This document shows positions 37,560-50,420 of a stretch of 64,000 nucleotides of DNA, in pieces. Position 1 is the first letter of the stretch. Each line of letters opens with the position of its first letter. This stretch comes from Camelus ferus (Eukaryota): NCBI RefSeq assembly GCF_009834535.1, contig NC_045707.1:51400001-51464000 (forward strand). Direction: 5' to 3'. Both the position numbers and the translations under genes were made by a program. The notes beneath the pieces were generated by a model. It did not search any database and was not told where the DNA came from. It worked only from the letters and a program-made list of their open reading frames with translations.

Positions 37560-38525
37560 CTTACTTATTAGCTGTCTTATCAGTTTTGCAAGAGGAATTT
37601 GGAATAATTAACTGTAATGATGGATATATGTTTTCCTCCTAGGTTCTATTTTTCTTTATTTTTACTATCTATTATTATTTGCATATATATTTATGATTGA
37701 TTTTGATGAATTTACATTTTTATCATTATGAAATGTTCCTTTTTTGGAGAATGTCATTCTAAGTGAAGTAAGCCAGAAAGAGAAAGAAAAATACCACATG
37801 AGATCGCTCATATGTGGAATCTAAAAAAAAAGCACCATAAATACAAAACAGAAACAGACTCATAGACATAGAATACAATCTTGTGGTTGTCAAGGGGGTA
37901 GGGGGTTGGAAGGGACAGATTGGGATTTCAAAATGTAGAATAGATAAACAAGATTATACTGTATAGCACAGGGAAGTATATACAAGATCTTATGGTAGCT
38001 CACAGAGAAAAAAATATGACAATGAATATATATATGTTCATGTATAACTGAAAAATTGTGCTCTACACTGGAATTTGACACAACATTGTAAACTGACTAT
38101 AACTCAATAAAAAATATTAAAAAAAATAAATAAATAATTGAGATGGAATTCAGATAACATAAGAAAAAAAAGGAAATGTTCCTTTTTATTTCTAGTAATA
38201 TTTTTTCTCCTGAAGTTTGTATCACCTTAAATTAATATAGTCTCTCTTACATTAATATAGCTTTCTTGGTATATGGTTTTGCATTATAAGCATTTTCTTT
38301 TTTTTTCCACATTTAACTTATATCTGACTTTTCATTAATGGCTCTCTCTTACAGACAACTTATCATTTGGTCTTATTAATATCTAGTCTGACAGTATCTG
38401 CCTTTTAAATAGTATGTTTAGACTTTTTCACTGAATACAGTTACTACTAGGTGACATTTAAGTATCCCATCTTGTTACTCATTTTCTATTTGTCCCATCT
38501 ATTTTTAATTACTTTTTTCTTAACT
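37560..38525 (-). mobile_element. Old L1 ORF2 5' (endonuclease) region, interrupted by a young L1
   Basis: tttatcattatgaaatgttcc[insert]tttttatttctagtaata...tagtctgacagtatctgccttttaaatag. Confidence 0.75.
37745..38172 (+). mobile_element. Young 5'-truncated camelid-type L1 with perfect 15-bp TSD and extra 3' sequence
   Basis: ggagaatgtcattctaagtgaagtaagccagaaagag...gactataactcaataaaaaat; TSD gaaatgttccttttt at 37730-37744 and 38173-38187. Confidence 0.95.
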
Positions 38526-38528
38526 GTC

Positions 38529-39025
38529 TGTCATGACTGATTTTGTATATCAACTTGGCAAGGCTGTAGTCCTCAGTTATTCTACCAAACACTAGTCTAG
38601 TGTTACTGTGTGGATATTTTGTAGATGTGATTGACATCTACAATCAATTGACTTTAGGTTAAGGAGATTATCCTTGATAATCTAGGTAGGCCTCATACAA
38701 TCAGTTGAAAGATGTTAGGAACAAAACTGAGGTTTCCCTGAAGAAGAGTAAACTTTCCCTGTGGACTACAGTATCTGCTCCTCTTTGAGAGTTTCCAGCA
38801 CACCATCCTGTCCTGCAGAATTCAGACCTTCTCTACAGTTGCACACACCAATTTTTTGAAATAAATTTCTTTCTCTCGCTATATATGTATGTTTATACAT
38901 GTGCACACACACACACATGCACATATACATATACATTCGCATCACATATATATACATTATGCATATATAAAAATATATATATATATATAAAATTCTGTTT
39001 CTTTCATAGAATACTGACTGATACA
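38529..39025 (+). mobile_element. ERVL LTR (MLT2D-like) containing a TA/CA microsatellite (38880-38990)
   Basis: tgtcatgactgattttgtatatcaacttggcaaggct...ggcctcatacaatcagttgaaag...ctgactgataca. Confidence 0.9.
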
Positions 39026-39216
39026 GATTTTGTTTCAAAGAATGTTTCTAGAAGAATAGAATCTTAGTGATGAGTTTTTTGAGTTGGTTCTGGGTTTGAA
39101 AAAAAAAAGGCACTAATAACTTTGTTTCCAATGGTAAAGAGGGCACTAGTAATCTACGGTATGGTGTAGCAACAGAGATAAATAAAATATCATTGTTGGA
39201 CACTACTAATCAAATA
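39026..39216 (+). mobile_element. ERVL internal 5' leader / start of gag (resumes about 39609-39640)
   Basis: gattttgtttcaaagaatgtttctagaagaatagaatcttagtgatgag...ttggttctggg directly follows the LTR, as in ERVL-int. Confidence 0.75.
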
Positions 39217-39608
39217 TGGTTGTGGATTGAATATTTGTGTCTCCTCAAAATTCATATGTTGAAACCTAGTTCTTAATGTGATAGTATTTGGAGCTGGGGA
39301 CTTTGGGAGGTAACTGGGTCATTTGGAGGTGAGGCCTTTTGGTGGTAATTAAGAGAATGGAGCCCTTATGAATGGGATTACTGTCCTTATAGGAATAGGC
39401 CAGAGAGATAGCTTGCTCTCTTTCCTCCAAATAAGGATACAAGAAGTTAGCTCTCTGCAATCTGTACGAGTGTCCTTGCTAGTACCCAGCTGTGCTGTAA
39501 CCTGATCTTGGACTTCTAGATTCCAGAACTGTGAGAAATAAATGTCTGTCATTTATAAGTCACCCAGTCTATGGCACTTTGCTACAACAGCCCAAAATGA
39601 TTAAGATT
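39217..39608 (+). mobile_element. MaLR solo LTR (MST/MLT1A-like) nested in ERVL-int
   Basis: caaaattcatatgttgaaacct...tgatcttggacttctagattccagaactgtgagaaataaatg...cacccagtctatggcactttg. Confidence 0.9.
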
Positions 39609-41039
39609 AATACCTATAGAAGGCAAGGTGACCACATGTTCAAAATTGAAAGCAGATTTTTATATTTAAGTTTTATGTGTAAAATTTATAGCTTATAAAG
39701 TCAATCAGTGAGAATGTCAGTTACACTGACCATATTAAAAAATGGGAATTAAAGATAAGTTAACTTTATCATTTTTGTTATTTCTGTTTTGTTTATTTAT
39801 CCTTTGTTATGTTTATTCTTGTGTGTTTCCTTTCAAATGCTAAACAGTTTAAACTTATCCATGTCAGAAATTTGTAGGGAATCCCAAATTCAGCCTGATA
39901 TCTCTGCAATGTGGTAATATTTTTAAAGTTGAACTTACAGTCTTCATACTCTTAAATTAAACAAGCACTTCAGGAAAGGTTTTATCTCAGGTTCCTTTCC
40001 AAGTTGAATAATCCCCATAGCATAAGGTCAAAACTAATGATAAATAATGTATTAATATTTAGCACATGATATTTCAGTGTGCATATAGTATATTACCAGA
40101 GGTTTTCAAAATAAGTTTGAATAAACATTTTTGGAGTGACTCCAGCTCCTTCCATGGTTCCCAAGAGTTTTGGGACATATCTTTTAGTGTAAATAATCTC
40201 TTAGGACTCTCCCTTCCAATTATAATATACATTGACTCTAAATTTTCGTAATTTATAAAAAGTCTGAATTTCAAAAATAAATTAAGTATGGTTGATAACT
40301 GTTCTTTGACTTGCTGTATTTACCACAATTCCAGCTTCATATATAATATGTAGTTTTTATATTGAACTTTCACATTAAGATTAGTACCTAAATTTTCTAA
40401 ACAGGGGAAATAGATGAGGGATTTAATATGACAGGTGTTGATTAAGGAGGCTCCAATGGAGAGTGAATTTTCTTCTTGACCGTGTACCTAATACTTTTGG
40501 AAGGTATTGAGCATTTGCCTAAGGCCAGTAAACATTGAACTTTTGGTTCAAAATGCTAGAATACGTATGCAATGTTTTATGTGTACTTGATTTAAAATAA
40601 AATTCTATAGAAGTTTTCCTCATTAATCTACCAACTTTGATTCAACGACTCTGATTCAGACCTTTGAAAGATTTGCTGACGTAAGCAAGCATAATAGGCA
40701 TCAATACTTGAAACTTGAGAGTAATTTATTCTGACTTTGTTTTCTAAGCTATTCTACACTGTGAGTAACCAACGAAAACTTCCCCAAATTAAACTTGCTT
40801 GTTAGTCCCATTTATATTTTTATTTTATTTCTTATTCCAATATTACTGTAAAGAATTTGGCATTATCTTTATAGTTTTAATAAGGAAGATAAATTTATTT
40901 GAAGGTTAGTATGACATATTTTAAAGAGCAACAGTAACTATGTGCTTTCTTCTCAAATATAAACTTTTTACTTACTAATGGATTCACCATATATTTTACT
41001 ATTGGGGAACTGTCATCTGTGCATGTGAAACGAATCTGT

Positions 41040-41490
41040 ACCTTTAAATCTCTGGTTCTCATCTTTCTTTTATAAATCAGATCTAATTTTCCTTCATCTT
41101 CTGGACATACTTATCTATATTCCCTCTTGGGTACAACCCAATTTTGACTGTTTCCACCTCAAAATGACTTCTTTTTCCTGAATTCCTCCGTCTATAGACT
41201 GAATATTTCCCAGCCACTGAGAGTTGGAAACTTAGTTATTTCTTCCTTACTTACTGCCTCTCCCTCAAATTAATTGCAGTGTTCTGTGCATTCTAAACCT
41301 GCCTCTTAAATGTCCTTCATTGCCTCTTGCTGGCTTTCATTACTTTATACTTGGTCTATTTAAATAATTTATATTTTCTTTCTGATTCAACTTTGACATT
41401 GCTGCCAAATTGCATTCATCAGTGTTCAGTTCTGATCATATTATTCTCCTGCTTGAAAAATGTCAATTCCTCCCCATTGCCTATAAGGGG
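41040..41490 (+). mobile_element. L2 LINE fragment (further pieces near 42080-42160 and 42600-42670)
   Basis: tctgatcatattattctcctgcttgaaaa...ctccccattgcctata; tail gcacatagtaggttttcaatattgagttgaatg. Confidence 0.65.
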
Positions 41491-44047
41491 CACCAGGTCA
41501 GGCACAAGCCCTTAAAACAGTTTTAGCTTCCTGTAGAAGTAGTCTTTTGTAGAAATTTCAGAGGGAATGCCTGTGCACCTCCTATTACCTCATCTTCTCA
41601 TTATTCAGTTATGTCTGGGTAATGTTTGCATAGATCTATGGTCTGTATATATAAGGCTATGATTTGCTAACACAAAACAAACAAAGCAGAGAGTGGCAAT
41701 GGCTGACCATCTACAACTATGAAGTGAAGTTGTCATGCAGATGGCTGAAATGCCTGGGAAGAACATGTGATTTTACTCAGAGACTAATTGCAAAATAAAT
41801 AAGGAATATATAAAGAATTCTTGAGTTAGCTAACAGCTAAAGCAAACATCCTCTTTGTAAAAGAGTGATACCTGAAATCCTTTTCTGTCAAGTAATCTCA
41901 CTCATCCCCAGTGGGCTCCTTAGTACTTGGGTGTGTGACCAGATGAGGGGAAAGGACAACTTGTAGTGACAACTTTCTAACCTTTTGAACAGAAACATAT
42001 CTGGTTATAAAGCCAATTGCAATGCATTATTATTCCAACAATTATCTTGTTAGCTGAGGCATCTAATGTGATACAATCCATAGTTCCCCATGATGTAACC
42101 TAATCATTTTCAGATTTATTGTCTTAGTTTCTTGACACATGCTCTACATTCCAGCTTTGCTTAATTATGTAAATTATGTGTCTTTCCTTCCTTCCCACTG
42201 AGTGTGCAATGTTCCCTGGGTGCTTTGTAGAACATTTAAGATGCAAAGGACAACCTCACTATCAAAAACCAGTTTATAAAATGCATTTCAAGTTAACCAA
42301 AAAAAATCAGTAATAACATGTTTTGGAGACAAGATGGGAGTACCCTTTCCCATTCTCAGAAGGCACTGTGAAACTTAACATTCTCATTCCACAGTCCATC
42401 ATCTGCAACCTGTATCCTTTTAACTCCACTCACTTAGGTCCAGTGTATTCTCTAAAGTAAGGTCTAAATCTAATTTCTCAACTTTCACCATAAATTTGAG
42501 ACTTCCAAATTACTTTATCATCTTCTGCGACATTTTATCTATCAATGCTTTCTTGGCTAACAGCCGTTTTTCATACAACGTAGTTCCTTGAATCAAGAGC
42601 TGATTTGATTCTAATTTATATTTATCGCAGGACATTTTGCACATAGTAGGTTTTCAATATTGAGTTGAATGTTAACATAGGTTTATAACTGTGACCAATG
42701 AATTGCATTTTAGTAAGATTAAAAGAAAAGAGATATCTTATAACTAAGACTTTTATAAAGTAAAATATTATATGATAAACCTCAAGGTATATAAAATTTG
42801 GACTAAGATTTGTAAATATGTTTCTGTAAAACTTTGCTTTTTTCACTTCTTTTTTAAAAAGTTAACAGCCATAATATTAAATATAGCAACCTCAAAGGTT
42901 ATCTTAGTGTAAAATTTAGTGTGTTTTCTAATAGTAGAATACCTGGATATATTTATAAATAATTAATTTAAAAAGTAAGCTATTTATCCTTGTGTAAGTA
43001 GTATGAATCACTTATATATTTTTACTAGATTTATATCTAATGGATAAAATATTAAAAAATTTTAGTTAGAAAATACTGAAGTTATAAAATACTACTTAGT
43101 TATAAAATATTATTTCCCTCTGAAAAATTCAGTGAAGAATGCTTGAAAGGACATCTACATTAAAAAAAATTTTTATATGTACAGAACACAACAATTATAC
43201 CTTGATACATGAATGATGAGACATGATAAAATAAGAATTATATTCTTGTTGAAAATGCTAAAAGTAGTCAGTTGATCTGACATATATAAAACTCAGAAAA
43301 TATTACAATTGTGTGTAAAGTAAAATTGAGGGAAATTTTAGGAAGATCTTTATAAACTTATGAAATATATTCATTTAAAAAATCATAATGCTTTTGACAA
43401 GCCAAGTTAGCAATCTACTTGTTGTAAAATCCAGGTGGTTTTCTTTGCTGTAACACTGAACTGTAATCAAAGTTGAAAGTTGACTCTGACACACACTTTA
43501 CTGCTTAATGATAGAAAGAAACATTCCAGCTTGTGGAATTTGAAGAAAGTGGTTTGTGCCTCTCTCAATGCCTACCCAATTGCTCAGAGATGCAGGATCC
43601 ACAAGATCTCCTGGACAATACCACATAGAGTGGGATGTAGCTTTTGTTCTTTCCTCAAATTCATCCACTAGGATTAAAAATTTGATCATATGAACCAAGA
43701 CAGAGGAAGAAAAAGACCCTCTTTTACAGGATAACTAACTGGAAATATAATTTTATTAAAAGTTAATTTTGGTCAGCTGTATGTCTTCCACTCTCCTTAT
43801 GACTCCTCCACCGTTCCACCCACATTCAAAAACAGGTCTTAATGGAGCTGAATGACCGACAACTTGTGCTAGAGTCAAAGATGGAAAGGAGGCAAAATAA
43901 GTCAAAGAAAAATACAGACTATCCTTAAGGGATGTGTGGATTTCTTAGTGACTAGAATTGAAAACGTCCTCTGACATCAAAAGACATGATAAAGGAAGTC
44001 ACTGAGAAGGAGAGTTAAGTAGGAAAGAATAATCACATAGGCAGTTT

Positions 44048-44600
44048 CCGTGTCCTGGAGAGTTAATTCATAGGGTCTACTTCCAACTCTTCAAAAATTC
44101 CACCAAATCAACTGTCAGTGACTTGTCATTCTTTGTAAGCTGATCTTATCACCTACTGCAGTGTGGGAGACTTCAGTTTGTCACCTCAGTATATTTTTGG
44201 TATTGCTTATGAAGTGTGTGTGGCAGGTGGGGTCATCGAGGCCATATATTCTTAAGGTTTTATGATATGGTATTAGGCAGGTCTAAGTTCACTGATGTAG
44301 AAATTTTATTAGTACTGGGTGAAGTTCATGGCAGAATTGCTTAGGGTTGGTGAACATAGTGAGGCCAGGATTTGATGAGTATAAGTATTTTGATAAGCAA
44401 GAGGTTTGTCCGTTTGAATGACCTATTACCCTAAGAGAGCTGCTTACCCTAAGGAGAAATCTATTGTTCTGAGAAAGGGCTGTCTGAACAGTATGTTGTT
44501 CTGAGAAATGTTTTTTTAGAAAGTATCTGAAGTAAGCAATATAGTCACAAATTTATCTGCCTAGTCTAAAATTTTCTTGAGTAGTGAGGTCTTGTTAATG
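44048..44600 (-). mobile_element. Probable ERV LTR (MER89/MER110-like)
   Basis: gagttaattcatagggtctacttccaactc...gacttgtcattc...ctactgcagtgtgggag is an antisense LTR-like start, with internal short direct repeats. Confidence 0.4.
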
Positions 44601-44904
44601 CCAACTGCTGAAATAGTTCCTGATTCTATTAAGCTGTGTGGATGCAGCTTTTATTTTGACATGAATTAGACGATTCCACTCAAATCTAAAATTAAGGCCA
44701 ATGTCTCTACTCTTTCTGTATGTGTAGATGTACATAAATATAAGGGCTTTTAAAAACAATAAATAATCCAAGTTCTCTCTTCTACTAATAATGTTTCTCA
44801 TAGGAGCATATTTTAATACTTAATTTTAAAGTTTGGGTCTTGAACTGTACCATGAGAATTAAAGACAAATTTCAAATTAGAAAAAAGAATCATCTTTAAT
44901 GGCA

Positions 44905-45405
44905 AGGAGAATTACATCCCTATATTCAGCACAGACTTATTTACCACAACCAAGATATAGAAACAACCTAAATACCCATTAACAGTTAAGTGAGTAAAGA
45001 ATATGTACTATATACATACTATGGAATCCTAGAAAAAGAAGAAATCTTGCCATTTGGACATGAATGGACCTTGAGAGTATTATACTAAATGAAATAAATT
45101 AAAAGGAGAAAGACAAATACCTTATGATTTCACTCCTACGTGGAATATAGTAAACAAACAAAATAAATGAATAGACCAACCCAAACAAACAAACAAAAAT
45201 CCATGTAGTTATAGAGGACAGAGTTGTGGTTATCAGAGGAGAAGGAGCAGAATGGTAAAGGAGATTAACTATATAGTGATGGATGAAAACTGAATATTTG
45301 ATGGTTAGCGTGCTGTAGGGTATACAGAGGTAGAAATGTAATGTACACATGAAACTTAAATAATTTTATGAACTAATGTTGCCTCAACTTTTAAAAAGTA
45401 ATTAA
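44905..45405 (+). mobile_element. L1 3' end (laurasiatherian, mid-age)
   Basis: caaccaagatatagaaacaacctaaatacccatt...gaaatcttgccatttg...atgtacacatgaaactt...aatgttgcctcaa. Confidence 0.9.
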
Positions 45406-45429
45406 AAATTTATGCACTTCTTCAATTAT

Positions 45430-45815
45430 TAGGAAAATATGGTGAACTAATCCAGGAAAATGTTGATATAAGAAAAAGACTAAGAACAAAAATTCTAAAA
45501 GACATAATTATGAATAAAATTTAACTTAATCCCTAAATACAAAAAATACATGCTAAAATATCAGTGAGATGCTTTTGCTTAGAAACTAGCAAAGATTCAT
45601 GCATGGGATGTCCAGTGATACTTAGAATATTTTGAATTGGAACATTCATCTATTGTTTGTGTGACTATAATTTGCTGCGACTATTCTAGAGTATAATTTG
45701 ATAATGCCAATCAAATGCATTGAGCATGCATTCCATTTCTAGGAATATTCCTGCACAAAACAGAGACTTGTAAGACAGTAATGTTCAGAAAAGGTCATTA
45801 TAGAATTGTTGATAT
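45430..45815 (+). mobile_element. Old L1 (L1ME-like) fragment
   Basis: cagtgagatgc...agaaactagcaaagatt...ttccatttctaggaatattcctgcaca. Confidence 0.6.
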
Positions 45816-45819
45816 GTAA

Positions 45820-46050
45820 GTAGAGTTCCAGCCATCACACCACATTGTTAGCAGCAGAATGAAGGAATGAATGAAGAGGAAGGGGCAAGAAGCATGCACC
45901 AGCTCTTACAGGCATTTACAGGAAGCTTTATCTTACATCTTTTTATGCAGCTCTTAGTCACATTCCATGAGAGGCTAGGAAATGTTTTCATTTTAGGCAG
46001 CCATGCGTCCAGCTAAAATCAGCAATTCTATTATAATGTGAGAAGGGGAG
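45820..46050 (-). mobile_element. MaLR LTR fragment (MLT1K/L-like)
   Basis: gttccagccatcaca...cttagtcacat...gaggctaggaaatgt...ggcagccatgcgtccagctaaaatc. Confidence 0.75.
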
Positions 46051-46509
46051 TCTCTTTTATATTGTTTCACTGAGCAAGTTAACGCCAATTTGTCTCAGTC
46101 TCTCCAATCTACTCTAGCCTCTCCTTAGAATAACTATAAGGCTCATGAAAGTTTCTTCCAAACAAAAAAATTGTTCGTTTCTATAAAAATAACCTGCTCC
46201 TATGCTGGAATTTTGGTGGCTGTAGCCAGCTTGTTAAAAATAGCTGTTGTTTTCCATTTAAATATACATGATAAAAACTGCAGTTCTAAAATACTGTTTT
46301 TATTTTAAATTATAAACATGCAGATATATGAATGAATTTAGTAAAGAAAGCAAAATGCTAACAATTATTTTCTGTAGAGTAGGGGAACAGATGCTTTTAA
46401 CTTGTGACTTTTATTTAATACATTTTAAAGTGTTTTTTAAAATAAATGCACTGAAAGTCAGAATTGAAATAGCAGTTTCTGTATATATCAATAAATAGAT
46501 CCAATTAAT

Positions 46510-47065
46510 TAATTAATTCATTATTTATTCTATAAAAGGCATTTATACTGAAGTCCACATACGGAAAATTATAAACAGCTTAATCACAGTCCTTGTCTTG
46601 AAGATACTTAAACTCCACTGAGAGAGATAGAAGCATGCACTTACAATTAGGGTAGAATGACTTGGGTGCAATGGGTACAGAAATGCATAGATTGGTATCG
46701 TAGTGCTAGCAGATTCAGTCTCACCAAACTGTAGAAATCAGAAACATAGTTAAGGTGAGTCTAAATATTGAAAAGTTGGGCAAGAACATGAGAAAGTGTT
46801 TGTGTGAAGGTATGAAGGTTATAGTTCTACGTTATCCTACTGTAAGAACTGTATATATGGAGAGATAACTAGTGGAATGTGTGTGTGTGTGTGTGTAGGT
46901 GTGAAACAGCTAGAATAAGACTAGAGAGGTTTGCAGAGGCCCTGGAGGCGGGTAACGTGTCATATCAGGGAGTCTGAATATGTTGTGAAGGTTTGTGTAG
47001 AGACTGAACAATTGCAAGCAGGTAAGTGTTGTCATATAAGATTTCCATTTTAGAAAGTGTCACAT
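46510..47065 (-). mobile_element. L2 LINE 3' region, with (TG)n at 46878-46895
   Basis: attcattatttattc...cacagtccttgtcttgaagatactta...ctagagaggtttgcagaggcc...cattttagaaag. Confidence 0.7.
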
Positions 47066-47384
47066 CTGATACCCCTTCAATTCATGGTCCAAGTCTCCAG
47101 GGAACATTTAAAATTTATACAGGAAAAATCGAAACTGAAGTCAATGAATATGTTTATTTGATAATGTTACAATGTCAACATGGTCTGGTATCTTTAGTAC
47201 CTGATATGACAATAGGTGTTACCTCCCTAGAAGAGCCAAAATATGAACTTAGTATAAATTTCAGTTGTTTTCATTTAAATGCTCCATGTAACCAAAGTTT
47301 AGCTAGTCTGCGCAAAGATTTCCTACCTCTAGTTAAAAACATCCTTGCATGACTTATCTTTTAAACCCTGAATACTGCAACACA

Positions 47385-47478
47385 GCACTGCTTATCTCTT
47401 AAGTATGGTCCACATGTACAGCATATGCATCACCATACCCACAGCTTATCTCTTAAGCCCAGCATGGTACATGTATTC
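47385..47478. repeat. Short diverged direct duplication, about 54 bp period
   Basis: gcttatctcttaag at 47390-47403 and 47444-47457, each followed by atggt...acatgta. Confidence 0.7.
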
Positions 47479-47959
47479 ATTTTGCTATCCTACGTTTGTT
47501 CTTTCTTCCTTAGCCCTTTCGCTCCCTAAGAAAGTGGTGTAATTCTGGATGGAACCTCAGGCTAGCAGTGTAAATGACAAAGTATAGGAGGGCAACACTG
47601 TATTCAGGAGGAGCAACCTCACAAAATCAAAACCTGGGGATATTAAATTGGAAGATTAATTGAACGTAAGCTATACCATAAGGTAATAAAAGTTTTGAAA
47701 TACTTAGGTGTTTTTATTTGTTTTGCCTGTATTATAATTCAGGTGAAAGACGTACCACTTTTTTTTCATAGAGCTCTAAGGAGCATGACAGCATTCAAGG
47801 GCATGCAAGCTAAGTAGTCTATGGCTCTTGGCATACCTTCCTCTCTTGCCCGTGAGAGGTCAGACAAAAAACAGAAACAAAAACAAAAACTTCTTGGATC
47901 TGAATCTCTGCATTCCTCAAGTAATCCACAGAGCACATGTCACCACTTACAAGTGATTC

Positions 47960-48110
47960 TACTATTAACAATGGTACTATTATTTGTGTTTTATACATGA
48001 ATAACCTGAAACTCACAAGTTAAATAACTTGTCCAATTTCACACTCATGCAATATGGCAGGATCATAGTTATAACTTTCTGATACTAAAACCTGTGTTAT
48101 TTTATTATAG
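47960..48110 (-). mobile_element. MIR SINE
   Basis: ggtactattatt...ttttatacatgaataacctgaaactcacaagttaaataacttgtccaa...tctgatactaaaacctgtg. Confidence 0.75.
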
Positions 48111-48465
48111 ACATTACCAGTTTAAAAAACATTCAACTTTATGAGATATTCTCATCTTTTCCTAAGAAGGATTGAAAATCTCCATTTTTAATTGACCAAA
48201 CAGACATTAAATGGAGCCTCCTTCTCCAATATTAGGTTTGATTTTCACAAATATTGGTGTTGATAGAACTAGGCATTCTATGTAAAATGCCTTAATAATA
48301 TGACTGAACAATTTTACTTTTAAATATAGGTGCTATCATGTCCTTATATTATCTGGGCGTTCTAGTCAAACTTTTTTCATTGTTCACATTCTTAAAGCTG
48401 TATGAATCTAAATTCTCTGAATATTTAATTTTAAAAACTTTAAAAATAGTTCAGTTATGTTAGAC

Positions 48466-48783
48466 CAGTGCTTTTCAAACTTTCCCAACTAGTAAGGAGA
48501 GGAGAATATTAAAATCCGTGGGCATTTGGGAGTAGATCCCCAAGAGGCAAACCATAAATGTGAAATGTCTTTGTAGTCCCATGTCTTATCCTAAAATATT
48601 CATGTGGATTTTTCATGTATCCTTGCTTGTTCTAATAACATCTGATTTAAATTATTTACTACTGGTAAAAATTCCCTCTGTTGTTTTGGTTTATGGACTT
48701 GGTTCTGTTTCATTCAAAATAAAAACATTGCATTGGAAATAAAAACAGTCAGTTTTTCATCCAATTGTTGATTGAGAGTACTG
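48466..48783. mobile_element. Probable hAT-Charlie MITE
   Basis: Imperfect TIRs cagtgcttttcaa ... ttgagagtactg about 320 bp apart; no clear TSD. Confidence 0.5.
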
Positions 48784-49733
48784 TGGCTTAAGCAATTTCT
48801 GTTGAATAAACTGGCTCTGTGAACAACAGCCCTGTATCATTTAGGTTGGCAACATATTGAATTAATTTACCTTGGTATAGCTTTTGTCACACTTTTGTTT
48901 CATTCAAGCAAAATAATTGCAACTCAGTTTCAAAATCACAGTCCCTAATTTGTCCACCCCTTCCATTTAGCCACTGTACACCTGTATAGGGGAACAGGTT
49001 TTTTAAAATCCTTTTCCTGGAACATGATTATATAATTGAAGAGGAAGCCATTTCTGCTTGAGAAGTTCCTACCTACACTATTAATACCAGAAGAGTTTGG
49101 GCCCATGCTGGAAAGGGTGTGGTTAGGGAAATGGAGAAGAAATGAAAGCAAGTATTATTTAAAGCTGAGACTTTTGAAATGTTTGTTATCTCCTGAACAT
49201 GAGATAGGCATATAGGATGACTTTACAAGATTACAAATCTAAATAAAAGTAGCAAAGGAACTTAAACTATTATTAATAAGAACAGAAAAGTATAAAGGAG
49301 GACATGGTTCTAAAAGTCGAGAGTTGTAAGATAACATAAGTGAAAACACAAACGACATAAGCTAAGACACAATACATGAACGATCTTAAAGGATGCTTGA
49401 GACTCTTTGTCCCTTACAAAGACGAGAGGTAGTATTTCTTAGACAATCCTCTGAGTTAAGTGATTTTTAATTTTAGACCAGACTTACTGTTAGATTGGGC
49501 TATCATTTTGCCAGACATATGAAACTGCACTTGATTAAATGATGAAAAGTCATTAAGTTGTAAGTGGTCCCTTATTTTTTGTTTTTCCTGTTATTTTGCT
49601 TTCCTCCTCATTTCATAGCCATTTTATACTCGTACTATCACAAAGGCTGTTCCACTCTCCATCCTCCCCACATGTGGTATTTCTGGGGAGGCAGGCTTCA
49701 TGTTCATGTTCGTATTCTAATGATGTTTTTCTT

Positions 49734-50420
49734 TCTTTTTAACCTTCTAAAATTTTTATACAATTTTTAAGAGTTACTTTCCATTTACAGTCACTACAAA
49801 ATGTTGACTATATTCCCTGTGTTTTAGAATACATCCTTTATCCTATCATTCACCCAGTAGTTTGTACTTCCCACTTGCCTGTTCCTATGTTGACTCTCCT
49901 TCCCCTCCCCACTGGTAGCCACTAGTTTGTTCTCTCTGTCTTTGAGTCTGCTTCTTTTATGTTATATTCAGTAGTTTGTTGTGTTTTTTAGATTACACAT
50001 ATAAGTGATATCCTACAGCATTTATCTTTCTCTGACTTATTTCACTTAGCATAATGCCCTCCAAGTCCATCCATGTTGCTGTGAATGGCAAACTTCTGTT
50101 CTTTTCATGTCTGAGTAGTATTCCATTGTGTGTGTGTGTGCGTGTGCGTGTGTGTGTGTGTGTATATATGTGTGTGTGTATATATATAAAATATACTATA
50201 TCTTTATCCATTCCTCTGTTGATGGACGTGTAGGTTGTTTCTATGTCTTTGCAATTATAAATAATGCTGCTATGAACATTGGGGTTCATGTATCTTTTTG
50301 AATTAGTGTTTTTTTTCCCAACGTTCACAATTTTTTGGAAATGCAACAGATTTCTGTATATTAATTTTATATCCTGCAACTTTATCTAATTCATTGATGA
50401 TCTCTAGCAATTTTCTGGTG
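49734..50420 (-). mobile_element. Artiodactyl-type L1, 5'-truncated and internally deleted, 16-bp TSD; (TG)n/(TA)n at 50127-50190
   Basis: 3' UTR and ORF2 end (PFTATWMDLEGIMLSEISQRK) joined to an RT-domain piece (KLLEIINELDKVAGYKINIQKSVAF); TSD at 49718-49733 and 50421-50436. Confidence 0.92.
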
